Shown: positions 18,759-28,054, numbered from the stretch's first letter. The stretch is 33,022 nucleotides of DNA from Lentimicrobiaceae bacterium (GCA_009787675.1 WQSU01000001.1:1-33022); one strand, 5' to 3'. A program made the numbers and translations. The notes: generated from the letters alone by a model not told the origin.

Positions 18759-18854
18759 ATTTCAATTCAACTCTTGTTTGATTCAAACGAAACAACATAA
18801 TAACGTGTATCATCGCTACTTTATTACAATTCAACCCTTGTCCGAATAAAACAG
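18759..18854 (-). repeat. Two degenerate direct repeats at 64-nt spacing, CRISPR-repeat-like in form
   Basis: The minus strand of 18759-18796 reads GTTGTTTCGTTTGAATCAAACAAGAGTTGAATTGAAAT, with an internal GTTTGA/TCAAAC palindrome. 18823-18854 shares ACAAGrGTTGAATTGwAAT. Only two copies, and the 5' halves have diverged. Confidence 0.35.
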
Positions 18855-19184
18855 ATTTTGGTATAAACGAGTGATAAAGAATTAGAAATTGACAATTATG
18901 ATTAATGAGGAGTCGCCCTGCCTACGGAGGATTAGGTGGGAATAACAAACTATTAAACCTTAAAATCAGAGATCATCTGCCCAATCAGTTTCATCAGAGT
19001 TCTATAAAACTTTCAAAAAGAAAAATTCATTAACAAAAAAAACCAAATGAAAAACGCAAATATTAATAAACTATTCCGTTCTCTTAACAACTATTAACAT
19101 TTTTATTTTCCTACAAAACAAGTATATATTAAAATTTTGACTCTGCTTTTTTGCTATCAGTGCGAGTTGGTATTGATAAAAACA

Positions 19185-19192
19185 TATTTTTG
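19185..19192 (+). promoter_or_regulatory. Candidate -7 box for the TonB-dependent receptor
   Basis: TATTTTTG (TAnnTTTG) 21 nt upstream of the ATG at 19213, with a TTG at 19167-19169 as a possible -33 element. Confidence 0.4.
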
Positions 19193-19212
19193 CCCCCGCT
19201 ATTATATACTAT

Positions 19213-21708
19213 ATGGTAAAAAAGTTATACGCATTATTTTTCTCTTGTTTGTTTTTGCAACTGTCTGTGGTTGCACAATATACATTAAAAGGTACGGTTA
19301 AAGATGCCTTGGATAATATGCCCATTCCATACGTTCAAATTCGCGTAGATTGTATAAAAGAGGTGTTTTTGGCAGATATAGAGGGCAATTTTTCTATAAA
19401 TATTACAAAAGACAGTTGCGAAGTTGAGTTTGTGCAAAGTTTGTATGAACCTATAAAAAGGGTGGTTGTTTTTTCATCAAAAAAGAAAGAAATTAAAGTG
19501 GACATTCTTCTGCAACATACTGCAACCCGTTTGAAGGAAGCAAAAATAAGCGTTTCAAAATATGAAACCAACCCCGAAATTGCCACCAATTCATTGGTGG
19601 TTTTGCAACCCAAACAGGCTGAAAACAAGAATTTTGTTTCAATAGATAATTTGGTGAATACTGCCGGCGGTATTGTGGTGGTTGACAACGAGCCGCAAAT
19701 TCGCGGCGGCAGCGGGTACAGCTCAGGAATGGGGAGTCGTGTTATGATTATGCTGGATGACATGCCGCTGCTGCGCCCCGATGCCGGACGCCCCATGTGG
19801 AACTTTATCCCTATGGAAAGCATTGAACAAGTGGAAATTCTAAAAGGCGCTGCCTCCGTACTGTTTGGCTCGGCAGCCCTCACCGGCGCCATCAATGTGC
19901 TCACCGCGTATCCGCGCTCAAAGCCACAAACCATTATTACGACATTTGCTACTATGTACGACAAACCGCAAAACCCGTACCAAACCAGTTGGCTGCATAC
20001 CAATCCAATATCGTGCGGACTTTCGTTTATGCACGCTAGAATCATAAAAAAGAATTTCGATTTAGTGGTTGGCGGAGAACTCTTTAACGACCAAAGCTAC
20101 ATCGGACCCGCAGAAAGAATCTCCGTTTCAAAAAATTACAATTCAAGCACAAAAGGCAAATTTGATCAAAGAGCCCGCCTGAATTTCGCTACCCGTTACC
20201 GCTTTGAAAAAGTGAAAGGGCTTTCAGTAAGTTTAAACGGCAATTTTATGTTCTCTAACAATGCACAATCTTACGTATGGTTTGACGCAGATACCAATAT
20301 TTTCAGAGCGTATGAAGACGCTCAGTATAAATTTAAAGAATTTACCTTTTATGTGGATCCTTGTGTGAAATACTTTACGGAAAAAGGCGGTGCTCATACC
20401 TTAAGAAATAGAGTTTTGTTTGGCAACAGTAAAGAATCAAGAGGCAATTTAGATGCTCAAACCATGATGGTTTTTGATGAATATCAATATAATAAAACTT
20501 TCAACAAAATTGGAATGAACATTGTTGCAGGTGTCAGTAATCAATATGCTACTTCATACGGACCTGTATTTAACGGGGAAGCAGATCCTCATGCCACAGA
20601 AGGAAAGTTAGAACCTTCATCGGTATTTTCAAATAATTTTTCATTCTATACGCAAGTTGAACAAAAATTTTTCAAAAAAAGAAACTTAACGGTGCAATTG
20701 GGAGGCAGGTGGGAATTTTATAATCTGTGGGGAGTAAAAATTATATCGGAAGCAAAAAATAAACCCATTTTCAGAGTTGGGGTTAACTATCAGCTTCCTA
20801 CTTGGAAAACTTCATTTAGGGCTTCGTTCGGGCAAGGTTATCGTTTCCCAACAATTGGTGAAAAGTTCATCTCTCTAACAGTAGGCAATTATGGTTTTTT
20901 CCCAAATCCGCAACTTAAACCGGAAAGTAGTTGGAACGCTGAAATAGGAATCATGCAACCCTTTCAACTGTTTGACTTTAGAGGAATGTTTGATTTGTGT
21001 TATTTTCATCAGGACTACAAAAACTTTATAGAATTTTCGATGGGTCCTTGGGGTAATAGCACCGACAATCTTTTGAACAGAATAGGATACAAATTCTTAA
21101 ATATTGGTCCTGCCAAAGTAAACGGCATTGATTTTTCGCTTGCGGGTGAAGGGAAAATTACCAAAAACATAAAATATACACTCATGGCTTCTTATACATG
21201 GAGTAATCCTACTACGAAAGATCCTGGGCTGATTTATTACTATTATAGAGCATCGGAAAGCGCTTTAGGACTCCCACAATCTTTCTTAATTACAAGTTCG
21301 GATACTACCCGTAATGTGTTAAAATACAGAATTGAACACATGGTAAAAGTTGACCTTGAATTTTCTTTCTTCAAAAAAGTTGCACTTGGCGGCACATTAA
21401 ATTATTATAGTTCCATGAAAAATGTAGATGTGTTGATGTTTGACAACGATATTAATAACCCTACATTATCGGAAGAAACTATTAAGATTATTAAAGCCAG
21501 CGGAAATCTTCCATTCTACAACTTCTATAATTTCTTTCATGCCAATAAAAAAGGTTCTATTACCTTTGATTTACGTGCAAGTTATTATTTCTCAAAAGTT
21601 TCACTCAGCTTCATCGTTAAAAATGCCAGCAACCGTCTCTACGCCCTCCGCCCACTCTACGCCGAACCTCCCAGAACTTATACACTGCAACTTATTGTTA
21701 AGATTTAA
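19213..21708 (+). CDS. TonB-dependent outer-membrane receptor with N-terminal CarboxypepD_reg domain
   Basis: 831 aa. Signal peptide, then YTLKGTVKDALDNMPIPYVQIRV (carboxypeptidase-regulatory-like). Plug motifs IRGGSGYSSG ... IEQVEILKGAASVLFGSAALTGAINVLT, followed by a long beta-barrel. No SusD-like gene follows. Confidence 0.85.
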   Translation: MVKKLYALFFSCLFLQLSVVAQYTLKGTVKDALDNMPIPYVQIRVDCIKEVFLADIEGNFSINITKDSCEVEFVQSLYEPIKRVVVFSSKKKEIKVDILLQHTATRLKEAKISVSKYETNPEIATNSLVVLQPKQAENKNFVSIDNLVNTAGGIVVVDNEPQIRGGSGYSSGMGSRVMIMLDDMPLLRPDAGRPMWNFIPMESIEQVEILKGAASVLFGSAALTGAINVLTAYPRSKPQTIITTFATMYDKPQNPYQTSWLHTNPISCGLSFMHARIIKKNFDLVVGGELFNDQSYIGPAERISVSKNYNSSTKGKFDQRARLNFATRYRFEKVKGLSVSLNGNFMFSNNAQSYVWFDADTNIFRAYEDAQYKFKEFTFYVDPCVKYFTEKGGAHTLRNRVLFGNSKESRGNLDAQTMMVFDEYQYNKTFNKIGMNIVAGVSNQYATSYGPVFNGEADPHATEGKLEPSSVFSNNFSFYTQVEQKFFKKRNLTVQLGGRWEFYNLWGVKIISEAKNKPIFRVGVNYQLPTWKTSFRASFGQGYRFPTIGEKFISLTVGNYGFFPNPQLKPESSWNAEIGIMQPFQLFDFRGMFDLCYFHQDYKNFIEFSMGPWGNSTDNLLNRIGYKFLNIGPAKVNGIDFSLAGEGKITKNIKYTLMASYTWSNPTTKDPGLIYYYYRASESALGLPQSFLITSSDTTRNVLKYRIEHMVKVDLEFSFFKKVALGGTLNYYSSMKNVDVLMFDNDINNPTLSEETIKIIKASGNLPFYNFYNFFHANKKGSITFDLRASYYFSKVSLSFIVKNASNRLYALRPLYAEPPRTYTLQLIVKI

Positions 21709-21767
21709 GGATTTAAAAAATTTAAAAGATTTAAAAATTTAAAGTTCAAGGTTCAAAACTCCATCCC

Positions 21768-21813
21768 TAATCATCTCATCATCTAATCATCTTATCATCT
21801 CATCATCTCATCA
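21768..21813. repeat. Tandem octamer array TNATCATC x5.75
   Basis: taatcatc tcatcatc taatcatc ttatcatc tcatcatc tcatca. Preceded (21703-21757) by GATTTAAA/TTTAAA A-tract repeats. Confidence 0.95.
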
Positions 21814-21842
21814 AAAAATATTAACCAATAAATAAATTACTT

Positions 21843-22817
21843 ATGAAAAAAATTACCCTTTTAGCATTCTGCATTTTGCTTTCTGCTTTTTCCCTTTTTG
21901 CACAACAACCGCAATTATCTGGTAGCGACTTTGAAACAGGTTGGAAGAATAATTACGGGGACAATGGCACTTACGAAGAGTTTGAAACAGATTGTTTTTT
22001 CACGCTCAATTCTTTGTTTGCCAAAAAGAACGAACCAAAACCTGCAGATATTACTGCATGGAAAGTTGGAAATGCACAACAAGGAAATTCTTGTATTAAA
22101 TTGGTTTCCGGTGTTATTCCTGTAGGAGAGGATGTGTTTCTTCCGGGTATGGTAGGAACTATTAATCAAGATTTTGTAGAAGAATTTTTAGGATCCGGAG
22201 GCAATGTAACTATTTACAGAGACTGGTTGGGAAATGAAACGCCGCACGCTATGGAAGGCTGGTTTAAATACAATCCCGTAAATGGAGATTCTGCTTTAAT
22301 TGATATAGGTTTTCATAAAGCAGGCGCTTCTGAGCCTCTTTTTGTGGAAAAATTAATTCTTAAAGAAACTGTTAATGAATGGACACATTTCTACATTGCA
22401 ATTCCAAAAGAACATTGGAATACAGTGTTTACCGACATTCGCGTGCTTTTTGTGGCAAGTGCCGGCGTTAATTTTAAACAACTTATGGAATGTAAAGGAC
22501 AAAAAGGCAGCACGCTATGGATTGATAATGTAACTTTGAACTATAAGGAGGATGGTATTAAACAAAATCTGTTCTCATCTTTAACCACTAAAGCATTTCC
22601 AAATCCCGCTAATGAGGTTTTAAATATTAAAATGAATGAACATTTTAATGGAACGGTTACCGTGTATAATATTGCCGGAACAAAGGTGATGGAAGAAGCG
22701 GTAAACGGAACAGAATGCCAATTAAATACGGCTTCGCTGGCTACAGGAAACTATGTTTTTAAATTAATGAATGGAAATACTATTTTTGCGCAAGGTAAAT
22801 TTGTGATTACAAAATAG
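21843..22817 (+). CDS. Secreted PCMD-like domain protein with T9SS C-terminal sorting domain
   Basis: 324 aa. Signal peptide MKKITLLAFCILLSAFSLFAQ. The N-terminal GSDFETGW region resembles the PF13201 (PCMD) opening as I remember it. C-terminus FPNPANEVLNI...GNYVFKL...KFVITK is a Por_Secre_tail. Confidence 0.55.
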   Translation: MKKITLLAFCILLSAFSLFAQQPQLSGSDFETGWKNNYGDNGTYEEFETDCFFTLNSLFAKKNEPKPADITAWKVGNAQQGNSCIKLVSGVIPVGEDVFLPGMVGTINQDFVEEFLGSGGNVTIYRDWLGNETPHAMEGWFKYNPVNGDSALIDIGFHKAGASEPLFVEKLILKETVNEWTHFYIAIPKEHWNTVFTDIRVLFVASAGVNFKQLMECKGQKGSTLWIDNVTLNYKEDGIKQNLFSSLTTKAFPNPANEVLNIKMNEHFNGTVTVYNIAGTKVMEEAVNGTECQLNTASLATGNYVFKLMNGNTIFAQGKFVITK

Positions 22818-22820
22818 TTT

Positions 22821-23660
22821 ATGAACATTCTTATTGAAAGCGGCGCAACAAAAAGTACATGTATCGGATACAACGCTACATGTACTTTTTTTTCGTATAA
22901 AACTGCCGGCATTAATGCCACTTATGCTACAAAAGAGGAGATAAATGCCATTTTTGAAGAAATCATTGTCAAAAATAACATTATTGTTGCTGAAATTGAG
23001 AAAATAAGATACTACGGTGCTGGCTGTTTTAACGTAGCGCCTGCACAAAAAGTAAAAGATGTTTTAAGCGCCTTGTTTCCCAACGCAGATATTGCCGTTT
23101 TTTCAGATTTATATGCTGCGTGTCATGCTTTATGTGATAATAGAGCAGGTTTTATTGGAATTTTGGGCACCGGTTCTGCCTCGTGCTTTTATGATGGCGT
23201 ACAAATTGTGGACAAAGCCCCTTCCTTAGGCTATATGCTGGGCGATGAAGGCAGCGGCGCTTATGTTGGTAAACAGTTTATAAAAGAATATCTTAAAAAC
23301 AGGATCGCCCCTGAAATAGCACAAGATTTTGAACAAACGTTTTCCGTTTCAAAAACTATAGTGCTTGAAAAAATATACCGCGAACCCAAACCGCAGGCTT
23401 TTTTTGCTGCTATTCCTGTTTTTTTACAAAAACATGTCGAAAATGAACAAATAAAAGCCATTATTGCCATTTCCTTTCAAGATTTCTTTGACCAACAACT
23501 TGGTTATTATGGAAAGTGTACCTCTCCATGGTTTTTTTGCGGTTCTGTTGCCTACTATTTTCAGGATATTTTAATAGAAGTGGCGGATAAAAACAACTTA
23601 AAAATTGAGGAAGTCATACAGGAATGTGCGACACAGTTGCTCTATAGAAAACCTTGCTGA
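22821..23660 (+). CDS. BadF/BadG/BcrA/BcrD-type ATPase (N-acetylglucosamine kinase-like)
   Basis: 279 aa. ILIESGATKS phosphate-1 motif, GILGTGSAS and LGDEGSGAYVG. Starts 3 nt after the PCMD gene. Confidence 0.7.
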   Translation: MNILIESGATKSTCIGYNATCTFFSYKTAGINATYATKEEINAIFEEIIVKNNIIVAEIEKIRYYGAGCFNVAPAQKVKDVLSALFPNADIAVFSDLYAACHALCDNRAGFIGILGTGSASCFYDGVQIVDKAPSLGYMLGDEGSGAYVGKQFIKEYLKNRIAPEIAQDFEQTFSVSKTIVLEKIYREPKPQAFFAAIPVFLQKHVENEQIKAIIAISFQDFFDQQLGYYGKCTSPWFFCGSVAYYFQDILIEVADKNNLKIEEVIQECATQLLYRKPC

Positions 23661-23665
23661 TTTTC

Positions 23666-24523
23666 CTATTCATTAAAAGAAATATGGGCACATTTGCTCT
23701 TTTTGCACTCTCCGCATAATATACAGGTTTTGGCTACCTGTTTGTTTTGGAGCGCCTGAAGTTTGCAGTGGGAATGGCAGCGGCGACAATCTGTACACTC
23801 TACTATTTTCAATTTTGCGGCAAAAGGGATAAATTTTACCACATATAAAATCCATCCGATAGGGCAAAGGATGCGACAAAACGGACGGTAGATAAATAAC
23901 GACGAAATAATTAATAAGGGTACAGTAATATATCCTATCCAATTAAAAATTTTCAGCCGAAAAATAGCGATGAAAGGGTCGTAAGCGCAAAGCACGGGGC
24001 GTTGCATCAAGGCAATCCAAAGCACTAAGGCTACAAAAGCAGCAGTTTGAATATAAAACAGCATTTTTTGTGCTTTTTGTGATTTGAATATATTCCATTT
24101 ATTTTGTTGGAAGATAAACTCTTGCAGAGCTCCCAGCCAACAGAACCAGCCGCACCAAATGGCGCCAAAAACAATGGAGAGCAGCACTATGGACAGAATG
24201 ACAACAAACGAAATCCAAAAAGCGGTTTTGCCCATTAGAAACAGGATAAAACCTTGAAAATAAAATAACAGGCAGGGACATCCGCCCATAATAAATCCGA
24301 AATAAATTAATGAACTGAGTAAAATCAGAGAGCGAAAGTGTTGTATGGCAGTTGTTTTATATGTGAGCCCAATAATACAGAGCAGCAAAAAAACAACACA
24401 CAATCCGATTATTGATTGTGTGTTATATGTGTTAGACAGGCAGGCTGTTACTGTGATTGCAGCCACAGCAACAGTGGCTATCCACATTGCTATCTTACTG
24501 AGGTTGTTTCTTGTATCCAGCAT
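23666..24523 (-). CDS. Integral-membrane 4Fe-4S polyferredoxin (NapH/MauN/NosR-like)
   Basis: 285 aa with about 6 TM segments. Motifs GGCPC, CGWFCWLGALQEF and RPFCRILCPIGW. C-terminal clusters CTDCRRCHSHC and CILCGECKKSKC. An alternative start at Met13 (24487) would abut the upstream stop. Confidence 0.65.
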   Translation of the reverse strand: MLDTRNNLSKIAMWIATVAVAAITVTACLSNTYNTQSIIGLCVVFLLLCIIGLTYKTTAIQHFRSLILLSSLIYFGFIMGGCPCLLFYFQGFILFLMGKTAFWISFVVILSIVLLSIVFGAIWCGWFCWLGALQEFIFQQNKWNIFKSQKAQKMLFYIQTAAFVALVLWIALMQRPVLCAYDPFIAIFRLKIFNWIGYITVPLLIISSLFIYRPFCRILCPIGWILYVVKFIPFAAKLKIVECTDCRRCHSHCKLQALQNKQVAKTCILCGECKKSKCAHISFNE

Positions 24524-25941
24524 CCTACTCTATATTCATCTCCATCTTTAAAACCTCTTTGAAATTTATCTTGTGTGGAAGGGAATGACAGTTTTGATCG
24601 TTTTTCTCTCACTTGGTCAGCTACTGAGGGATCTACAGCAACTGCACGTGCATACTTATCAGCTGCTGCCCAGTTGTAATCAAGAGGCATAGAATTATCG
24701 CCACCGCATCTATTTCCTGAAGCAGCATACAAATCTCCAATCAACATATAGGCTTTTCCGCTGTTGGGTTTCATTTTCAATACCTGTAATGCGGCGCTTC
24801 TTGATTCGGAGTAATTGCCTTTTATTTGTTGAACAAGCGCTATCATATACCAGGGGTCAACTTTTTGCTCATTAGTTTCAAAAAGTTCAATAGCTTCTTT
24901 AAAAAATTCGAGTGCGGCATCGTAATTGCCGTGGTTGAGGCTATAGTATCCCATCAAGTTTGCTGTTTGCGCGCTGGGTTCAGCTTGGTGAACAATATTT
25001 AACATGTCAGCAAAAACAGTAGAATTGGTACAGTTGCCTTTGCTCATGGTCGTTAACCTTTTTTTCAAAGCAGTAACATCGTTTCTGTTTTGCTCTAACT
25101 TATTTCCATACACTTGTTCCAATACAGGGCAGGGAGCAAATGGAATAAAAGTATTTTCAATATTTCTCAACGTTTTTTCATAATTATTAATAAACTGCAT
25201 GGAGCGCGCAGTATCTTGTACTAAACGTAGTTTTCTGTTTTCATAATCAGCTTTTTCAATTTGCCCTTTTTCAAAAGCTTCTTCCAGATTTTCAAAATTA
25301 GGAATCTGTTTGTCAATATCTTTATAGTAGTTATTGATTGCCATTTCAATATATTCTGTAGCACGTTCGTAGGCGTCAATCATAATAGTTGTGTCTTGTT
25401 TAGCGCGTGCAATTTGTTCGGCAATACGGAAATAGATATCCCAGATATTCGGTTGAGTTTTTTCTTTTTCCATTTCAATAGATTCAATAAACATGTCGAA
25501 TGCTTTCATCACATCTTCCGTGTTTTTTCCTTTGTACCGAATCATGTAAAAAGCCTTAAACCCAAGCCCGTTACCTTCGGTGAATTGTTTGGGGAAGTAG
25601 CGGTGGCGATTTCCAACGCCATTCAACAAATCATCAATATATTGATTTTTAAGCCCTTCATCTTCAGTAGCATTGATTAAGGCATCTAACATATTTGAAA
25701 GATAAGTGGTGTTAAAGATGGCATTCCATGAACATGGGCAAATTTCCACGATTTTTTTCCAATGGGGATAGGCATCTTTGTAATTTTTTTGATCGTAAAA
25801 GGTTTTAAACAGGGAAACCTGTTCCAGACAATCGAGAGAGTCTTTTGCTGTTTTTCCATACTGAAACCCACAAGGGAATGGTTGTGCAAAGCTGCCAAAT
25901 GTAAAGCACATTACAATGGCAAAAAGCATAAATTTTTTCAT
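24490..25941 (-). CDS. Secreted TPR-like repeat protein
   Basis: 483 aa. Signal peptide MKKFMLFAIVMCFTFGSFAQ. Helical-repeat C-terminus (YYSLNHGNYDAALEFFKEAIEL, GKAYMLIGDLYAAS). Confidence 0.5.
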   Translation of the reverse strand: MKKFMLFAIVMCFTFGSFAQPFPCGFQYGKTAKDSLDCLEQVSLFKTFYDQKNYKDAYPHWKKIVEICPCSWNAIFNTTYLSNMLDALINATEDEGLKNQYIDDLLNGVGNRHRYFPKQFTEGNGLGFKAFYMIRYKGKNTEDVMKAFDMFIESIEMEKEKTQPNIWDIYFRIAEQIARAKQDTTIMIDAYERATEYIEMAINNYYKDIDKQIPNFENLEEAFEKGQIEKADYENRKLRLVQDTARSMQFINNYEKTLRNIENTFIPFAPCPVLEQVYGNKLEQNRNDVTALKKRLTTMSKGNCTNSTVFADMLNIVHQAEPSAQTANLMGYYSLNHGNYDAALEFFKEAIELFETNEQKVDPWYMIALVQQIKGNYSESRSAALQVLKMKPNSGKAYMLIGDLYAASGNRCGGDNSMPLDYNWAAADKYARAVAVDPSVADQVREKRSKLSFPSTQDKFQRGFKDGDEYRVGCWIQETTSVR

Positions 25942-26014
25942 AATGATTATGTATTAATAATAGTTAGTATTATTTATTAGAGGTTTTTAACGAAAAAGGA
26001 GAGTGAAAATTGTA

Positions 26015-27319
26015 TTATTCTAATTTTCTGCGTTGGTACCATTTTTCTTGAAGAATAAAATTAAAAGATAATTTAAATTGATTTTGCAAAATAAGATTGT
26101 TTTTTATTGTTCCTAACTTACTGTATTCAAACATTATGTTAATAGAGGATCGGGTGTTGATGGTACGAATGGGTAATCCCAATCCTACAGAAACTGCAAA
26201 TTCGCTAATAGGGTTGTCATTAAGAATAATGTACCCTGTTGAGATTCTAGTTCCCGCTCTAAAGTTTATTTTATTATAATATTTAGACGACAACACATTA
26301 GGCACATATTGAATACCTATAGCGGTAACGAGATTATTTTTAAATGCATTTTTGGTTTCTGTCATGGAAAATTTTTTCCAATTTTGCCAGGTAAAGTCTA
26401 TGCCAAGCAATAGTTTCTCCTTATATCCGTAGGAGAGTCCGATTCCAGCACTCTGTGGCATTTTCATTGTGCTTTTCAATGCGTTTTCACCAATTTTAAC
26501 CTTAGTGGTATCAAAATAGCCATTGGGCGAGTAAGATTCATAATATTTTAAGACAAGCAAATTTTCCTTCGACCATACTTTAATGGCGTTTTCATACACA
26601 GCGCCAATACCCAATTGGTGTTTTTCTTTAATGGTAGTATGGTACTGAATTCCTGCAGTGATTTGCATACCGTCAATATGACGGAAACTATGGGTTAGTG
26701 TATTAAACGAGTTAGAAAGTTCATATTCTGCAAATCTCATTGTAGTGATTCTACCGAAAAGATAGGATAAATTAACGCCGAGGGTTAATCCGGTGCACAG
26801 TTTAAAGGCGTTTCCCCAATAGAGGAGTTGTATGCCGCCCGAGCCCTGATATTTATTGGTAACTTCGCCAAAGATGGTATTGTTATGTTTATCAATAATG
26901 TTATATCCTATATCGCTGTAAGGCATAATGCCAACGCTTGTGCGCCACACTTTTAAAACAGGCAAGCCTATGGCGAGGTAATCCAACTGTGCTACGGTGC
27001 CTTTATACTCTTCGGTATTGGTTTTTAGCTTGTGATTTGTAATATTAAATGCCAACTCGCCAATGAAGGAAAGCGAATCGAAAGCAGCGTAAGAGGCAGG
27101 GTTTTTAAAATTGATATAATAAGGATTTTGAAGTGCATATCCTACACCGCCCATAGAACTCAAGGCGGTATTGGTGCGAGGAGAAAGGTTTCCTACGCCA
27201 AAGCCGGAATAGGGGGAGTTAATGTCGTTTTGTGCAACTCCGAAAATCGATAACATCAAGAAAGCAAAGAAAAAGAGAAGAGTTTTTTTTTGGTTACACA
27301 TTATATTTGATAATTTCAT
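26015..27319 (-). CDS. Putative outer-membrane beta-barrel protein
   Basis: 434 aa. Signal peptide ending FGVAQ, alternating amphipathic beta-strand pattern throughout and aromatic-rich strand ends. Family not recognised. Met7 (27301) is an alternative start. Confidence 0.45.
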   Translation of the reverse strand: MKLSNIMCNQKKTLLFFFAFLMLSIFGVAQNDINSPYSGFGVGNLSPRTNTALSSMGGVGYALQNPYYINFKNPASYAAFDSLSFIGELAFNITNHKLKTNTEEYKGTVAQLDYLAIGLPVLKVWRTSVGIMPYSDIGYNIIDKHNNTIFGEVTNKYQGSGGIQLLYWGNAFKLCTGLTLGVNLSYLFGRITTMRFAEYELSNSFNTLTHSFRHIDGMQITAGIQYHTTIKEKHQLGIGAVYENAIKVWSKENLLVLKYYESYSPNGYFDTTKVKIGENALKSTMKMPQSAGIGLSYGYKEKLLLGIDFTWQNWKKFSMTETKNAFKNNLVTAIGIQYVPNVLSSKYYNKINFRAGTRISTGYIILNDNPISEFAVSVGLGLPIRTINTRSSINIMFEYSKLGTIKNNLILQNQFKLSFNFILQEKWYQRRKLE

Positions 27320-28019
27320 TTAATCCTTTCAGTACTACTTTTGGGGCGGCAAATATCGTATTTTTTATGAATTTTTGCAAGCAGGTGGCATCACCACCGG
27401 TAAATAGTACTGTAAGGTCTTTAAATTGCATTTGATAATCTTCAATAAAGCCTTCAATTTCGTAACACATTCCGTTGAGAACCCCTGATAAAATAGAGTT
27501 ATTGGAATCTGTTCCTAAAAAATGGGGAAGGCTTTCTTCTTTTTTTAACAAGGGTAGTTTTTTTGTTTTTTCGTGCAACGCTGCAAAGCGCATTTGCATT
27601 CCCGGTGAGATGGAGCCGCCGAGATATTCCCCTTTTTCATTCACAAAATCATAAACCAAACAGGTGCCGGCTTGAATGGAGAGTACGTTTTTGCCGGGAT
27701 GCAGCGCCGCAGCTCCCACTGCGTTGGCTATGCGATCAAGTCCCAGCGTTTCAGGGGTTTTGAACAAAATAGTTACCGGCAATTTAGTCTTGTGTGAATA
27801 ATGAACCATGTTGGTGTTCTCTTCAAGAAACTTGACCAAATTCGCATTAAAATCTGCCACCGAAGAGATGATGGAATTTTCTACAGGAAAAGTGCGTAAA
27901 ATGGAGGCAAGCGTTAGCTTTGTAATCTCTTGAAAAGATTGGTAAAAAAGGCATTTATCGGTTTCGTCAAAAACTGCGATTTTTTGCAGGGTGTTGCCAA
28001 TGTCGAGGATGAGGTTCAT
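27294..28019 (-). CDS. coaX: Type III pantothenate kinase
   Basis: 241 aa. LILDIGNT, GLDRIAN, GTDSNNSI and FTGGDA motifs. Confidence 0.85.
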   Translation of the reverse strand: MNLILDIGNTLQKIAVFDETDKCLFYQSFQEITKLTLASILRTFPVENSIISSVADFNANLVKFLEENTNMVHYSHKTKLPVTILFKTPETLGLDRIANAVGAAALHPGKNVLSIQAGTCLVYDFVNEKGEYLGGSISPGMQMRFAALHEKTKKLPLLKKEESLPHFLGTDSNNSILSGVLNGMCYEIEGFIEDYQMQFKDLTVLFTGGDATCLQKFIKNTIFAAPKVVLKGLNEIIKYNV

Positions 28020-28054
28020 TGTTATTGTTTTGTATTTTTCTTTTTTTTATGCAG

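Noticed and set aside
18759-18854. Calling this a CRISPR array feature
   Set aside because: There are only two copies, the second matches over about 20 nt only, and no cas genes are in the window. Kept as a low-confidence repeat and a finding, not as a CRISPR call.
18965-19000. Minus-strand CTGATGA ... CTGA pattern resembling C/D-box or hammerhead core motifs
   Set aside because: These are short motifs with no flanking helices that I could pair, and C/D-box RNAs are not expected in bacteria. Most likely chance.
18674-19212. Riboswitch (cobalamin or TPP) upstream of the TonB-dependent receptor
   Set aside because: I looked for the B12 box (GCCACTG context) and the TPP CTGAGA...ACCTGA core and found neither. 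An Rfam scan would still be needed to settle it.
19335-20045. 236-aa minus-strand ORF
   Set aside because: It is entirely antisense to the plug/barrel region of the TonB-dependent receptor. It has no recognisable motifs and reads as a shadow ORF.
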